This document shows positions 1 to 11,660 of a DNA stretch of 64,000 nt, one piece after another. Position 1 is the first letter of the stretch. Each line of letters starts with the position of its first letter. The DNA is taken from positions 186,001 through 250,000 of the forward strand of contig CM038999.1 in the NCBI GenBank assembly GCA_017499595.2. The letters are read 5' to 3'. The translations under genes were made by a program, and so were the position numbers. Below the pieces are notes generated by a model. The model had not been told where the DNA came from, did no database searches, and worked only from the letters and a program-made list of their open reading frames with translations. This DNA comes from Psilocybe cubensis. Its lineage: Eukaryota.

Positions 1-1167
1 TACTGAAACCCTCGATGTTCTTTTTTTCTACGACTTTTAGCTCTCCTTATTGTGTTAGCCTCGCGCTCCATTCCATCATTACAATTTATGTGCATTCCCT
101 CGACCAACACACAGATTTACACCCATGTACGACACTGATCGACGTGGATGTAGTGCAAAGCGCTCAAGCTCATAGTCAACCTCGACCTCGACCATACCCG
201 TGGCTCTATACTTTCGAGACGGAAACCATGTACCACGGCCAAATGCTCGTCGCATCCTCGATTCGCATCATGAGTCGAATCACCCCGCTCTTCTCACTCT
301 ACCTGGTCCCCAACTCACGTGAGCTCCGCACCGGGCGTATTTATGCGGCCGTGTTTTCATGCTTTTAACAGCCTTTCTTGCAGGGCAGTTTATGTAGGAT
401 GCACACGCATATATGCTTGATCGCTGATGGATACACACATGGGCTGGGGATAGGGATGAGATGGAGATAGAGAACAAGCAGAGGGATCCGGGCTGCTGTT
501 AGAAACGAGGTTAGGGTTATTCAACAGGTCTGCGTTTGGTTCATCTGGGTCTGTTTCTAGTACAATTGCTGTCGCCGCCGCCTCTTCCGTATCCTCCACA
601 ACTCCTTCCCCCCTCTGCAACAACATCCCCCAGCGCGTCTCCATACTCTGCCACCAACCCACTTCCTCTTTGGACTTGTCACAGATTTCGCATTCTCGCG
701 CATACATCTCACACAGCTCTGGTCTGACGGTGCCTTGCCATCTAGTACAGATGGCGGACTCCCTGAGACACATTTCCTTCTATGGGCATCTCGTCGTCCA
801 TGAAGCGAATGTGGGTGATACCGGGTGTACAGCGAGATTTCCTATCCGCAATATGCGCGCATATACGCACTCGGACGGTAGTTCTGATGTTGTTGGGTTG
901 AGATTCGGGGCTGTATATGGGTGTGTGGGTCTGGTTGGTAACCTTTCCTGATGACATGCAACCCGTGTTGACGTTGACATCAAGTCTAGGCAAGTCCCCG
1001 TCGAATCACGTCTAGATTTACATGTAGTTGTTAGCACATCCTCCACCATCACACCCTCCTTCTGCACAGTCAATTTTGCTCGTTGTTATGCTCACATCGT
1101 TTAGATTTGATGCTGTGGAAATCTAGACTCTGTTTTGCTCCGCTCAATGTGTTGTATGAACATGAAT

Positions 1168-1442
1168 TGGAAGGCTGTCTGGTAAAGGCAGCCTCACTAG
1201 CAGTAGGTTGGACTCAAGAAACCTGGAAAGACAGGACAACGATGTCTTCGTTCCGTGTGGTAAGAGACCGTACAGTAGACGTAAATGAGTAGCTACATAC
1301 CTTCGTTCCGTGTGGTAAGAGACAGGGAACGAAGGTGAGGAAAGTCGAAATTTGTGTCTACTGTCATGTGATGTAAAGCGTGATCTACGCGCGTCTAAGT
1401 TTACCAGATAAAGGGGTAAGGCTGAGGCAGGGCAGGCTTACA
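1168..1442 (-). repeat. 3' LTR of Gypsy copy A
   Basis: Direct repeat of 5994-6268; adjacent to the PPT (ctcttccccgcccc on + strand). Confidence 0.95.
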
Positions 1443-1603
1443 CTCTTCCCCGCCCCGAAAAAATTGGCGGTGTGTAGAAACAGGCGGTGTCGGGGGACCC
1501 GTGTGGGAGAGGGAAAGAAAAAAGAAAAAAAAAAGGGGAAGTGAAATATCTATCTACGGAAGTCCAGGGCGCCTGCGTCCTGGGGGTGTTCTTCAAGCCC
1601 GTG

Positions 1604-4600
1604 TCAGTCATCGCGTGAGCCCGGTGTGATGCCGTTTTCCGCTTCCCAAACGTCTAGGGCTTCGTTGTCTTCGAGTAGCTTTCCCGCGATCCACTCGTCG
1701 TGTTCGCATCCGTAGCCGACCCATCTGACTAGGTATTGTCGACCGCGGCCCATTCGTCGTTCGTCCACAATCTTGTCGATGACGTTCTCCACAGTGCCGT
1801 CTTCAGTCACCACCACCCCTGGGTTGGGTAATGCGCGGTCGGGGAAGGCCATGACGTCGTTGGGTACGAAGGGCTTGAGGAGGCTCGCGTGGAACCCGGG
1901 GAAAGTCTTTGGATTGTTGGGCAGTCTGAGTGTGTATTCCGACGCCTCTGGGTGTGCGGCGACCACTGAATATGGCCCGTCGTAGCGCGGCATGAACTTG
2001 GCCACGCGTTTCGCTCCTTTACGCTTGTAGTTTCGGCGTCGGTTTGTGGTGGAGAGCATGACGAGGTCGCCTGGTTTGTACTTGATCTCGTCCCCGCGGT
2101 GCTTATTCGCGTGGTATGCTTGACGTACTTTTGCAGCTGTGAGGGCGTCTTGGGCCTGCATGACATCGAGCGCGAGTCGTTGTATGACATCCCACGCTGT
2201 CTGTTCGGCATCGGCCAAGGTCTGTGAGGGGTCTGCTGGGATGAGAGGTGGGATGAGCCGCGGCGAGCGACCCGTCTTAAGTTGAAAGGGAGAGAATCCC
2301 GTGGACGCGTTTACTGTGTTCATTATGGCGAAACGCAGTCGCGGCAGTGCCTTCTTCCAGCCTTTCTGGTTGCGGTCCACGAAGTAGCGTATGGCCTGAA
2401 CCACTGTCTTGTTGGTTCTTTCGCTACTGCCGTCAGTCTCGGGGTGGAAAGCCGTTGACATCTTCAGTTTTACGCCGGTGAGTTTGTGTAGCTCGGTCCA
2501 CACCTCTGACGTGAATAGGGCGTCTCTGTCCGAGATCAGGCGCTCCATTAGTCCATTGTCACAGTACCATTCGTCGAAGATGATGTTTGCAATGGTGGCG
2601 GCAGAGTCGGACGAGTGTGTGGGTATGAGCTTGATATCCGTGCCGAGGGTGTCTGTGATCGACAGGATGGTGTCTTTGCCATCCTCCTCGGGCAGCGGGC
2701 CTATGAAATCCAACGCCACTGAGTCGCAGCGCGCGTCGGGGACCGGCAGTGGGTGCAGTGGGCCTGTGGGCTTGGATGTGCGGTCCTTGTTCCTCTGACA
2801 CTCTACACAGGATGGGATGTATGCCGTCTCGAGGTCTCTGCGCATGTTCGGCCAATAGAAGGACCCACGCAGCGTCCGTCGGTGGTGAGATAGATGTTTT
2901 TGGATGTGTCGTCGTAGTCGATGACTGTCAGACACTCTGGACTGGTGACAAGCAGTTTAATGGCATCGAAAGCGGCCTGATGAGCCTCTGTCCATGCAGG
3001 AAACTCTTCATCGTACTCCTTGGCTGTGAGTGGTGAGAGTACTGCGGTGTGTTCTGCGAGGGCTGGGAGGAAGATGGCAAGGAACCGCGTGAGTCCTAAG
3101 AAGCCTCGGACGTTGGACGCGGTGGTGGGGATTGGCCAGTTGATGATGCGGTTGCATTTGCGAGGGTCCGCGGTGATGCCTTCAGCGGAGATGTGGTGAC
3201 CCAGAAAGTCAACGGCGTCGCTCCACAGAACTGTCTTGCTCTTGTTGCAATATAGTCCTGCCTGTTCGAGCGCGGAAAGCACCGCAGCAATGTTGCGTTC
3301 GTGCTCCTCCTCCGTCTGGGACCAAATGATGATATCATCCAGATAGATGTGGCAGATTTTTCCGATGAGATGACGGAGAGCGCCAGTCATGCGCCGCTGA
3401 TGTGTGGATGGGGCGTTGCACCCGCCCATGGGCATCACCGTCCACTCATAGAGTCCCCATGGTGTGCGCACGGCGGTGAGATGGATGTCGTCAGGATGTA
3501 CTCGTGTCTGGAAAAAGGAGTTCGTCATATCCAACTTCACAAAAATCTTCCCCTTCCCACAGTCTGCCAGGATGTCGTCGATGCGCGGCAGTGGGAAGTT
3601 GTCATGGATAGTGTTGGAGTTGAGTTTGCGGTAGTCATTGACCCAGCGTGGCGGTATAGTGTGGTCCGGCACGCCGTTTCGCAATTTGGGAATGATGAAT
3701 GAGGGTGATGCATGTTCTGAGGACGAAGGGCGTAATCTGCCGGCGGCGAGGTGTTCGTCGAGCAAGAGTTTCCAGCTGTCGTGATGTTTCTTTGGTGCGG
3801 AATATCCGCGCCCACGCACCACCTTGTTGGGGTCTTTGAGCCGGATGCGATGGTAAATCTGGTCGGGCACACCCGCGACTGTGTCTGGGAGCCGTAACGG
3901 AAAGAGACGGTCCCATCTGGCCTTGTCGCGTGCATCATATTGCTCGAAGCGTTCGCCTCTCTCCAGAGACTCCAGCTTAGCAGTCACTGCGGCCGCCACC
4001 GTGGCTTTCAGGCGCGTGCCGTCGAGCGTTGCCGGTGGTAGGGCGTCAAAGTTGATGTTGGTTGGGGGTATGAACAGGCGAGGTCGTGGGCAGCGAGGTG
4101 GGGTGGGGGGTGGAACTACCCAGTCAGGTTGCCACTCTCGCTGAGGGATATTGGGAGACACCAGATCATAGCCAGAGGACTTCTGAATGGCGGTGCGAGC
4201 CGCCGCGTCGATGACAATCTCTTCTATGGAAAGAAATGACATTCCCAATATAATAGGTACAGGCAAATCTTCACAAATTTTTGCGTAAATTGTTTTAGAC
4301 ACCCATGCTCTGTTTCCTGACGTCAGCACCAGCTTTGCATACTCTCAACAGACCAAGGGATCCTCCGTCAAAGAACAAAGATTGTCCTCCGCGTGCGGGA
4401 GGGGTAAACGATGCAGACCGAGCGAGGCGGCGGTGGAGCCGCTAATCACTGTGGAAGGGCATCCAATGTCAAGCAAGGCTTTGAAAGACAGAGGGAACTC
4501 AGAAATGGCGGGTCCAGTGGCCTCCACGGGTGCGTAGAGGTGTGGAACCGAGAAAGAGGGTGGGGGATCGGTGGTGGTAGTGGTAGAAGAGGGTACGTAC

Positions 4601-5985
4601 GTGTCCTCGTCCGCATAATCTTCTGACACGGCGGACATCCCAACGAAGGCTACCGGTACTCGTGTCTTGGACTCGCGAGCGCTCTTCTCTGCAAGCGCCA
4701 TCGCGCGCGTGAGTGGTTTGTAGGTCGACCAGTCCGGCCAGGTGTTATTCTTCGTCATGGGGCAGTCGTGCGACCGGTGGTCCGTGAAGAACCTGCGGCA
4801 ACGGGTGCAACCCTCAAATTCGGTGAGCAGTGCGCGTTCCTCCGCGGTGAGCTTGGTGCTGTCCTTGTCGGAGGACTTGTTGTTGGAGGGAGACGTTGTT
4901 CCGGATGTGTTGTCTTTGCGGTCAGAAAGGCGACTGAGTAGGGACTTCTTTTCCTTGCCCGCAGAGATCTTGGCTTCGAATCGCTTGTCCTCGCTGCGCA
5001 GTTCCTCGTCGAGGGCGTGGATCGTGTCCGCCCATGTCTTGTAGTCTGCCTCCTCCGAGGTGGGGTTGGTGTGTAGTTTGAGAGAGAGAGCGTGTCGGGT
5101 GTTCGCCTCGAGAAGGTCCCCGAGAGCATCCTTGGTAAACGCGTGCTTCTTGGATGATGTCAGAAGCAAGGCATTGAGGTTCTCGATCTCGATCCTCCAG
5201 TCAACGAAGCGCGTGCCGTCCGGCTGCTTTGCTGAGAGAATCTGCTGCTTGATCTGATGCGCCCAGTTCTTGTCGAGGACCAACTCGGCTAGTTCCTTGA
5301 TGTACGCATCGAGGCTGAGTTTGTCAATCCGGTCAGAGCCACTCTGATACCACGCCTGTAAGCGCGGTTCCAACATGGCGTCGGCGATGAAGCTGACTAT
5401 CTCCTCCGGCTCCTTTCCTGAGTGTTTCATGAAGCGCCTGCAGGCGTTCGTCCAGGTGTGTAGAACCATTGGCGTGATCTTCCCCGCGGTGAGCATCGGG
5501 CAGTCCTTCAGCTTGGTCACCTTGACCTCGGCAAGCGCTGACATTTCCGAACTGGGTAAGAAGTGGCGGTGACGGTGGCGCTTATTGTTGTGATTGATGG
5601 TGGTCGCGAGGGAGTCTGATTCGCTTGACGAGCTGTCAGTTTCCCGTTTTGGTAAGAGAAATTTGATTGAGGGCTGCGCAGGTGATGCAGCGGACTCAGT
5701 TGGTGTTGGGAGCGCCGACGAGTTGCCTATGGGTGACACAGGTTCCTCAGGGGGCAGCGGCGGGTCCAGGAGCGAGTCGTCGTCGGTGAAGAAACCTTCG
5801 ATTTCTAGGGACGCCGGTGATCGCGGTTCTGGCGACGGTGACAAGGGTGGGAGCGGTGCTGTCGCTCTCCTTTTGGACTCCTGTTGGGTGACGAGAGGGG
5901 TCGGGACGGACGGTTTACGTGACAGTGTGGCAGTCAGAAAAAATTTCCGCGGTGATAAGCCGGGAGACTCAGTTGTCGGTGTCAA
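1604..5985 (-). pseudogene. gag-pol polyprotein of Gypsy A, disrupted (Gag, aspartic protease, RT, integrase, chromodomain; RNase H deleted)
   Basis: Motifs: CTRC..H..C Zn knuckle, ALLDIG protease, LDMTNSFFQ and YLDD (RT), VALDFIGPLP, ISDRD and FHPETDGSSERTN (integrase), YDGPY, QYLVRWVGY (chromodomain). In-frame TGA at 4345-4347 where copy B has Arg. Deletion of ~700 bp near 2878 joins YLTTD directly to LRGSFYWP out of frame. Confidence 0.93.
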
Positions 5986-5993
5986 AAAAAAAG

Positions 5994-6268
5994 TGGAAGG
6001 CTGTCTGGTAAAGGCAGCCTCACTAGCAGTAGGTTGGACTCAAGAAACCTGGAAAGACAGGACAACGATGTCTTCGTTCCGTGTGGTAAGAGACCGTACA
6101 GTAGACGTAAATGAGTAGCTACATACCTTCGTTCCGTGTGGTAAGAGACAGGGAACGAAGGTGAGGAAAGTCGAAATTTGTGTCTACTGTCATGTGATGT
6201 AAAGCGTGATCTATGCGCGTCTAAGTTTACCAGATAAAGGGGTAAGGCTGAGGCAGGGCAGGCTTACA
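5994..6268 (-). repeat. 5' LTR of Gypsy copy A
   Basis: Direct repeat of 1168-1442; followed on the element strand by CTTTTTTTTTGAC rather than a TGG tRNA primer site. Confidence 0.95.
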
Positions 6269-6995
6269 TGAATATTAGGTTTCTTTGATCTAGCTGATCT
6301 GATCTTCTTTCGCCTCTGTTCATGGTTTACGATTCACTTTCCTCTGTTTAGCTACCACCAATTCTCAAGCTTTCTCTGTTCTCACTTTCTGCATTCTTCT
6401 CCTACGTCCGCAATTCATAGAAAGTAAAGATTCGACTTGTTCATCTCCATGCTCTTTTCTGTCTGCCGCTTCATTTGTGTTAGCTTCAACCTCGTGAATC
6501 TTGTACTAAAACGGGTTTCACCCGCATTGGGTATCCCATCAATGACATTCCACCTTGGGTTCTGGAGGCGAGTCTACCTTTGTGCTCTGGAAGGCTGTCT
6601 GGTAAAGGCAGCCTCACTAACAGTAGGTTGGACTCAGGAAACCTGGAAAGACAGGACAACAATGTCTTCGTTCCGTGTGGTAAGAGACCAGTAATACAGC
6701 GTGTGTAAACTACGTACCTTCGTTCCGTGTGGTAAGAGACCAGGAACGAAGGTAAAGGAAAACGAAATTTGTGTCTACGGAATCATGTGATGTGTGTGTG
6801 TTGATGCGTGATCACTACGCGTCTAGAGGGTGTTTGTAAAGGGGTAAGTCTGGAGGTAAAGGGCAGGCTTACACTCCTCCCTACCCCGACGAAAAGGAGA
6901 AAGGTGTGTCGGGGAAGTTGAGTAAAAAAAAAAAAATCGTGAGCGGAAATCTATCTACGGTGTCCAGGGGCGCCGGCGACCCTGTTTTCGTGAGT

Positions 6996-8182
6996 TCAGT
7001 CTTGACGGGACCCGGGTATTATGCCGTTCTCTGCTTCCCATACATCTAAGGCTTTGTTGTCTTCAAGGAGCTTGCCCGCGATCCATTCATCGTGTTCGCG
7101 TCTGTACCCCACCCAACGCACAAGGTATTGTCTGCCGCGGCCCATGCGACACTCGTCTACAATCTTGTCTATCACATTCTCGACGGTGCTGTCCTCGGTG
7201 ACCACTACCCCAGGGTTGGGAAGCGCACGGTCTGGGAAGGCTATGACGTTGTTTGGCACAAAGGGTTTCAAGAGGCTCGCGTGGAAACCGGGGAAAGTCT
7301 TCGGGTTGTTGGGTAGTCGGAGTGTGTACTCGGATTTCTCTGGATGTGCAGCGACCACCGAGTATGGGCCGTTGTAACGTGGCATAAATTTCGCAACTCG
7401 CTTTGCACCTTTTTGTTTGTAGTTGCGGCGTCGGTTGGCGGTGGAAAGCATAACCAGGTCGCCTGGCTCGTAAACTATCTCGTCGCCGCGGTGCTTGTTT
7501 GCATGGTACGCCTGTCGGACCTTTGCTGCGGTCAGCGCGTCCTGCGCCTGCATGACGTCGAGTTCCAGACGTGAAATGACGTCCCTCGCGGTCTGCTCTG
7601 CGTCTGGTAGTGGTGTTGTTGAGGGATCGGCCGGCAGAAGTGGAGGGATGAGACGTGGCGAGCGGCCCGTCTTCAGTTGGAATGGGGAGAACCCGGTGGA
7701 GGCGTTTACGGTGTTCATTATGGCAAATCAAAGGCGCGGTAGCGCCTTTTTCCACCCTTTCTGGTTGCGGTCAACAAAATATCGGATGGCCTGCACAACA
7801 GTCTTGTTGGTGCGCTCGCTGCTGCCGTCCGTTTCCGGGTGGAAGGCTGTGGACATCTTGAGCTTCACCCCTGTGAGCTTGTGCAGTGCAGTCCACACTT
7901 CCGATGTGAACAGTGCATCGCGGTCGGAAATCAGTCGATCCATGAGGCCGTTGTCACAGTACCACTCGTCAAATATGACGTTGGCGATATCCGCGGCTGT
8001 GTCAGACGAGTGTGTTGGTATGAGTCGTATGAATATGACGTTGGCGATATCCGCGGCTGTGTCAGACGAGTGTGTTGGTATGAGTCGTATGTCGGTGCCT
8101 AGTGTGTCGGTGATGGATAATATTGTGTCTTTTCCATCTTCCTCAGGTAGTGGGCCGATGAAATCGAGTGCGACTGATTCGT
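6996..8182 (-). pseudogene. Integrase core and chromodomain of Gypsy B
   Basis: VALDFIGPLP...FHPETDGSSERTN...QYLVRWVGY. Premature TGA at 7728-7730. In-frame 60-bp tandem duplication at 7972-8091. Confidence 0.92.
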
Positions 8183-8788
8183 CACATTCCTTTGTTACAC
8201 TGTACCATACCATACCATACAAGGGACGTGTACAGTGTGCAGTCCCATACCAGTCAGCGAGTCCGCCCACCCGGCCACCTACACTACTATATACGGTAGG
8301 GCACACACTGTATAATTGCTACTCATTAGCGGCTCCGCTGGAGGCTGGTTTACTTCCATTTTTAGCCACGCATATCGTGCTCGCGGGACACAGTGTGTAT
8401 CCCGTTTACCTATTGTACAGGTGGCTCCTCCGTGGGCCGGATCAATATGAAATCATTCGCCTAGTCTCCATTAACCCACTCGCCATTACTTCCATTATTT
8501 CTCGCCACTTGGTCTTCGCCAACATGAATACAGGTCAAATAGGTAGCACTAAATAGTACAGTGTTGCTCAGTAACAGACACTCGAAACATATAATATTTT
8601 TTACCCATGCAGAGGTCTATCCATACATTGTTGGTCACCCATTCTCGCCCAGGTTTGTTCTTGAGACTAGCATGCAGATTTTGTGATCGGGTCTATCGGT
8701 GTCAGCCGACTAAACAAACTCCACATTTTTGTAAGACACTCACCCCTACTTGTAAGCCACCACCGCTTCAATTCCACATCTTGACGAA

Positions 8789-11566
8789 ATGCCAAAGCAA
8801 ACCATTACCGACCTGAAAGAATTCAGAAACGCCATTGAGACGCTTGACAAAAAGGTCCGGAGAGGGCTCGAGAATGGCAATGTGACGGAGGTTATGAACC
8901 TAAATTGGGATTTGGTAGTACGTTCGAATTTTATCTGATACACACACTCACTAATATCACACCAAGTTGGCCGTAGCCACATCCACGGCCACAGAATGTG
9001 TTGCAGAAAAAGAGAAAAAGTCAAATATATTTCTGTTCCAATTCTTGATGGCCTATGGAGAAGCGCGTCAACAAGATCAACATTACAGCCCCGAATTTCT
9101 AGAAAAGATGCACAACCTTTTGAAAAATGAGGGTTCCAGTGGCACACCTGAACCTCAAGACAGGCGCTCTGAACATCCCAATAACAGCAGTAAATTGAGT
9201 AACCGCATGCAGAATGCAACTCGCCAACATGCCCGACCCTCGCCAAAAAAGTGTTGTGGTACTGGAAAGATTGGTTCGGCTTCAGCACGTCCAGTAAAAC
9301 CAGAGTCCGACCCGGAGGATGACTCTGATGCATCAAATGCTGCTCGACCTCCCAAGAGACGTCGCATCGGCTCAACTCGTGCGAGTGCTATTAAGACTTT
9401 TGCTGAACTTGAGGCATCAGAAGATGACACTGGCAATGACGACACATTCATACCTTCTCGGTATCCTTCTGAGCCTAAAAGCCCTGAGGAAACTCCCAAA
9501 CCAAAGACAGTACGATCTACATCCAAACGAAATAAATCTTCGGCTAGGCAGTCGAAGGAGAAGTCGGTCGGACCTGGACACGATGAGCGCATGCCAGTGA
9601 AGGCTACGAAATGGATTCATGTACGCCCATGTCATATGTGTGCCGAACATAATCAAAAATGTAGATTAACATACGAGACCGCAACTTGCTTCTATTGCAA
9701 CAAACATCGTCGAGGTTGTCGAGGAAAGGGAGAGGAAATTGAATGATGTTCTGAAGTTGATGAAAATGAGTCAATTACAAGCGAGTTAGAAGACGATCGT
9801 AACCCAAAAATTACTCCCCGAGGCGCATTGAACCTAATCAAAGTTGGAGCATCAACGCCATTCAACAGTCGAGCTAGATCCGTTGCAGGTCATCACACCG
9901 AACTCCCTGTGAATCTACCCACTGCAGAGTCAGCCATTAATCCTACGATGGCTGATGCAAAGGAGTCAGACACGGTTAATGTCTCCAATGAAACCACATC
10001 ACCTCAAGAAACCTCATCAACTCCATCCGCAAAAGCTAAAGGAAAGCAAGTAGAGCGTCTTGGTAAGTTGTTTGCTATACGTATAAAAGCAAAGCCAACT
10101 TACATTAGTGACTTTTACTAGTCAAGACATGGGACAACTGGTTCCATGAAGATGCCGCCCAAAGTAGTTCCACTCAGCCACCACCACCTTTGCCTCCTCG
10201 CCCTTCGTATATTCGTGATTGGGACTTGGAGGATGATACAAAAGGCCAAGACACCAATACCACCTTATCCACCGAAGATCGGCTCACAAGGCTAGAAAAG
10301 AAATGTGACCAAATCATTCAAAAAATGAAGAGAATAGACGACCAGCTCACCAGTTATGATCACGGTTTTGACTACATCACGGGGAAGTTGACCTTCTTTG
10401 TTTCATTGGTGGAATTGATCGACTCAAAAGTGGATACATTAAATCACTTTAATGCAGAAGTCATTGAAAGAATGACCGTAATGAGGCGAGAAGTCAATGT
10501 CGTTCTGCGCGATATGTACGAGCATAGCTCGTCAGAGGCCGAGGGGCATACACATTATGATGCACCACAAACGTACCAAAGTGGAAATGCGACACAGAAC
10601 AACGGCAATGCTAATGCGTCGACTTTGGCATCAATGACAGATTCAACGGACGTAGGTCGTGAATATGTGCCTGTACATTCACACAGCAAGTTAGCTGCTT
10701 TGGCCAAAACATGGTCTGGGGGGACATCAGACAAACCAATTGACCTTGAAGAGCACGAAACTCCATCTTTGGCCAGTGGCGACTGTGCTAAGGATGCCGA
10801 GAATAACGCCGATCAAGCCAAGCTCGCCAAACCCGCACTCCAAACCAAAATGCGGACTTCTGTGAATGCCACTGCCAGTTTGCCTAGTCGTAAGAAACTT
10901 GCCAAAGAAACAAACCATGCTCACCGGAGCTCGAACATCCGTGTTGAGTCCCCCAACCCTAACAGTAATGCCGAAAAAGACCAGAACACCAAGCAGAACA
11001 CCAAGGATGACAATGTCCAACACGTGTCCTTGACAACTCGCCTGGATGATGCCCGATTGTCAGGTCATGTCAAGCTCGCCAAAGAGGCCGAAGTTGTCGA
11101 ACAGGCACTCTCGCCAAATAGTGTCAACACTGCCTACTCGTCAGTTCACGCCAACCACGCTGATGATGAACATATGAATACTCAACCCGACTCAGCAAAT
11201 AACTCGCATCAGCAAAAAAAAATATTGCAGGACCAAGGTGCTGAGATAGCCAAAGATATGGTGTCCAACAAGGATGCAAGGGGTGAAGACAAGGCCATTG
11301 CGGTTGAACAAGATGACCAATCCTCACCCCGTGTCTCCATACCCCACAATTCCCACGAACGTGAAAATTGCCTCACTCTTGTTCCTTATCATCGTCTTAC
11401 CGCTGTACCCCCTTCACCAGTTATCCCACCCCAATCTTTCTCAAATTTGGCTAATCCGCTACAAGTATTATCATCCCCCTTCCCCCCCATGCAGATAGGA
11501 CCGGATGGCAATTTACTTACGCCTCCAGGATCACAAGATGACCAAGATGATATGGTTGAATATTAA
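8789..11566 (+). pseudogene. KDZ-1 accessory gene: Zn2Cys6-like cluster plus coiled coil, multi-exon, premature stop
   Basis: CHMCAEHNQKC...CFYCNKHRRGC at ~9630-9720. TGA at 9744-9746 with the same frame continuing into ORF 9828. Heptad segment RLTRLEKKCDQIIQKMKRIDDQL. GT-AG introns near 8918-8966 and ~10063-10121. Confidence 0.7.
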
Positions 11567-11660
11567 GTACTTTACTACTGCCTATTCTACGTATACTAAG
11601 TGATCCAATCTATTCATTCTGTCTTCTCCTCTGAACCATACATGTGTGCCGTGTATCAAA

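Larger units (their letters stand above)
1168..6268 (-). mobile_element. Ty3/Gypsy chromovirus LTR retrotransposon, copy A (non-autonomous, recent)
   Basis: 275-bp LTRs at 1168-1442 and 5994-6268 (TG...CA) differ by one C/T by eye. 5-bp TSD TGAAT at 1163-1167 and 6269-6273. Polypurine tract on the minus strand next to 1443. Internal gag-PR-RT-IN-chromodomain. Confidence 0.96.

Noticed and set aside
1246-1323. Repeat-spacer-repeat resembling a mini CRISPR array
   Set aside because: Only two units, lying inside retrotransposon LTRs in a eukaryotic context with no cas genes.
1330-1352. TGAGGA...CGAAA resembling a hammerhead ribozyme core
   Set aside because: Lacks the C of CUGANGA and a proper stem II, and is not conserved in LTR family B.
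7495-8556. 353-aa plus-strand ORF and other long antisense ORFs over the Gypsy and ankyrin genes
   Set aside because: Shadow frames of GC-rich or repetitive coding sequence; this one crosses a transposon junction.
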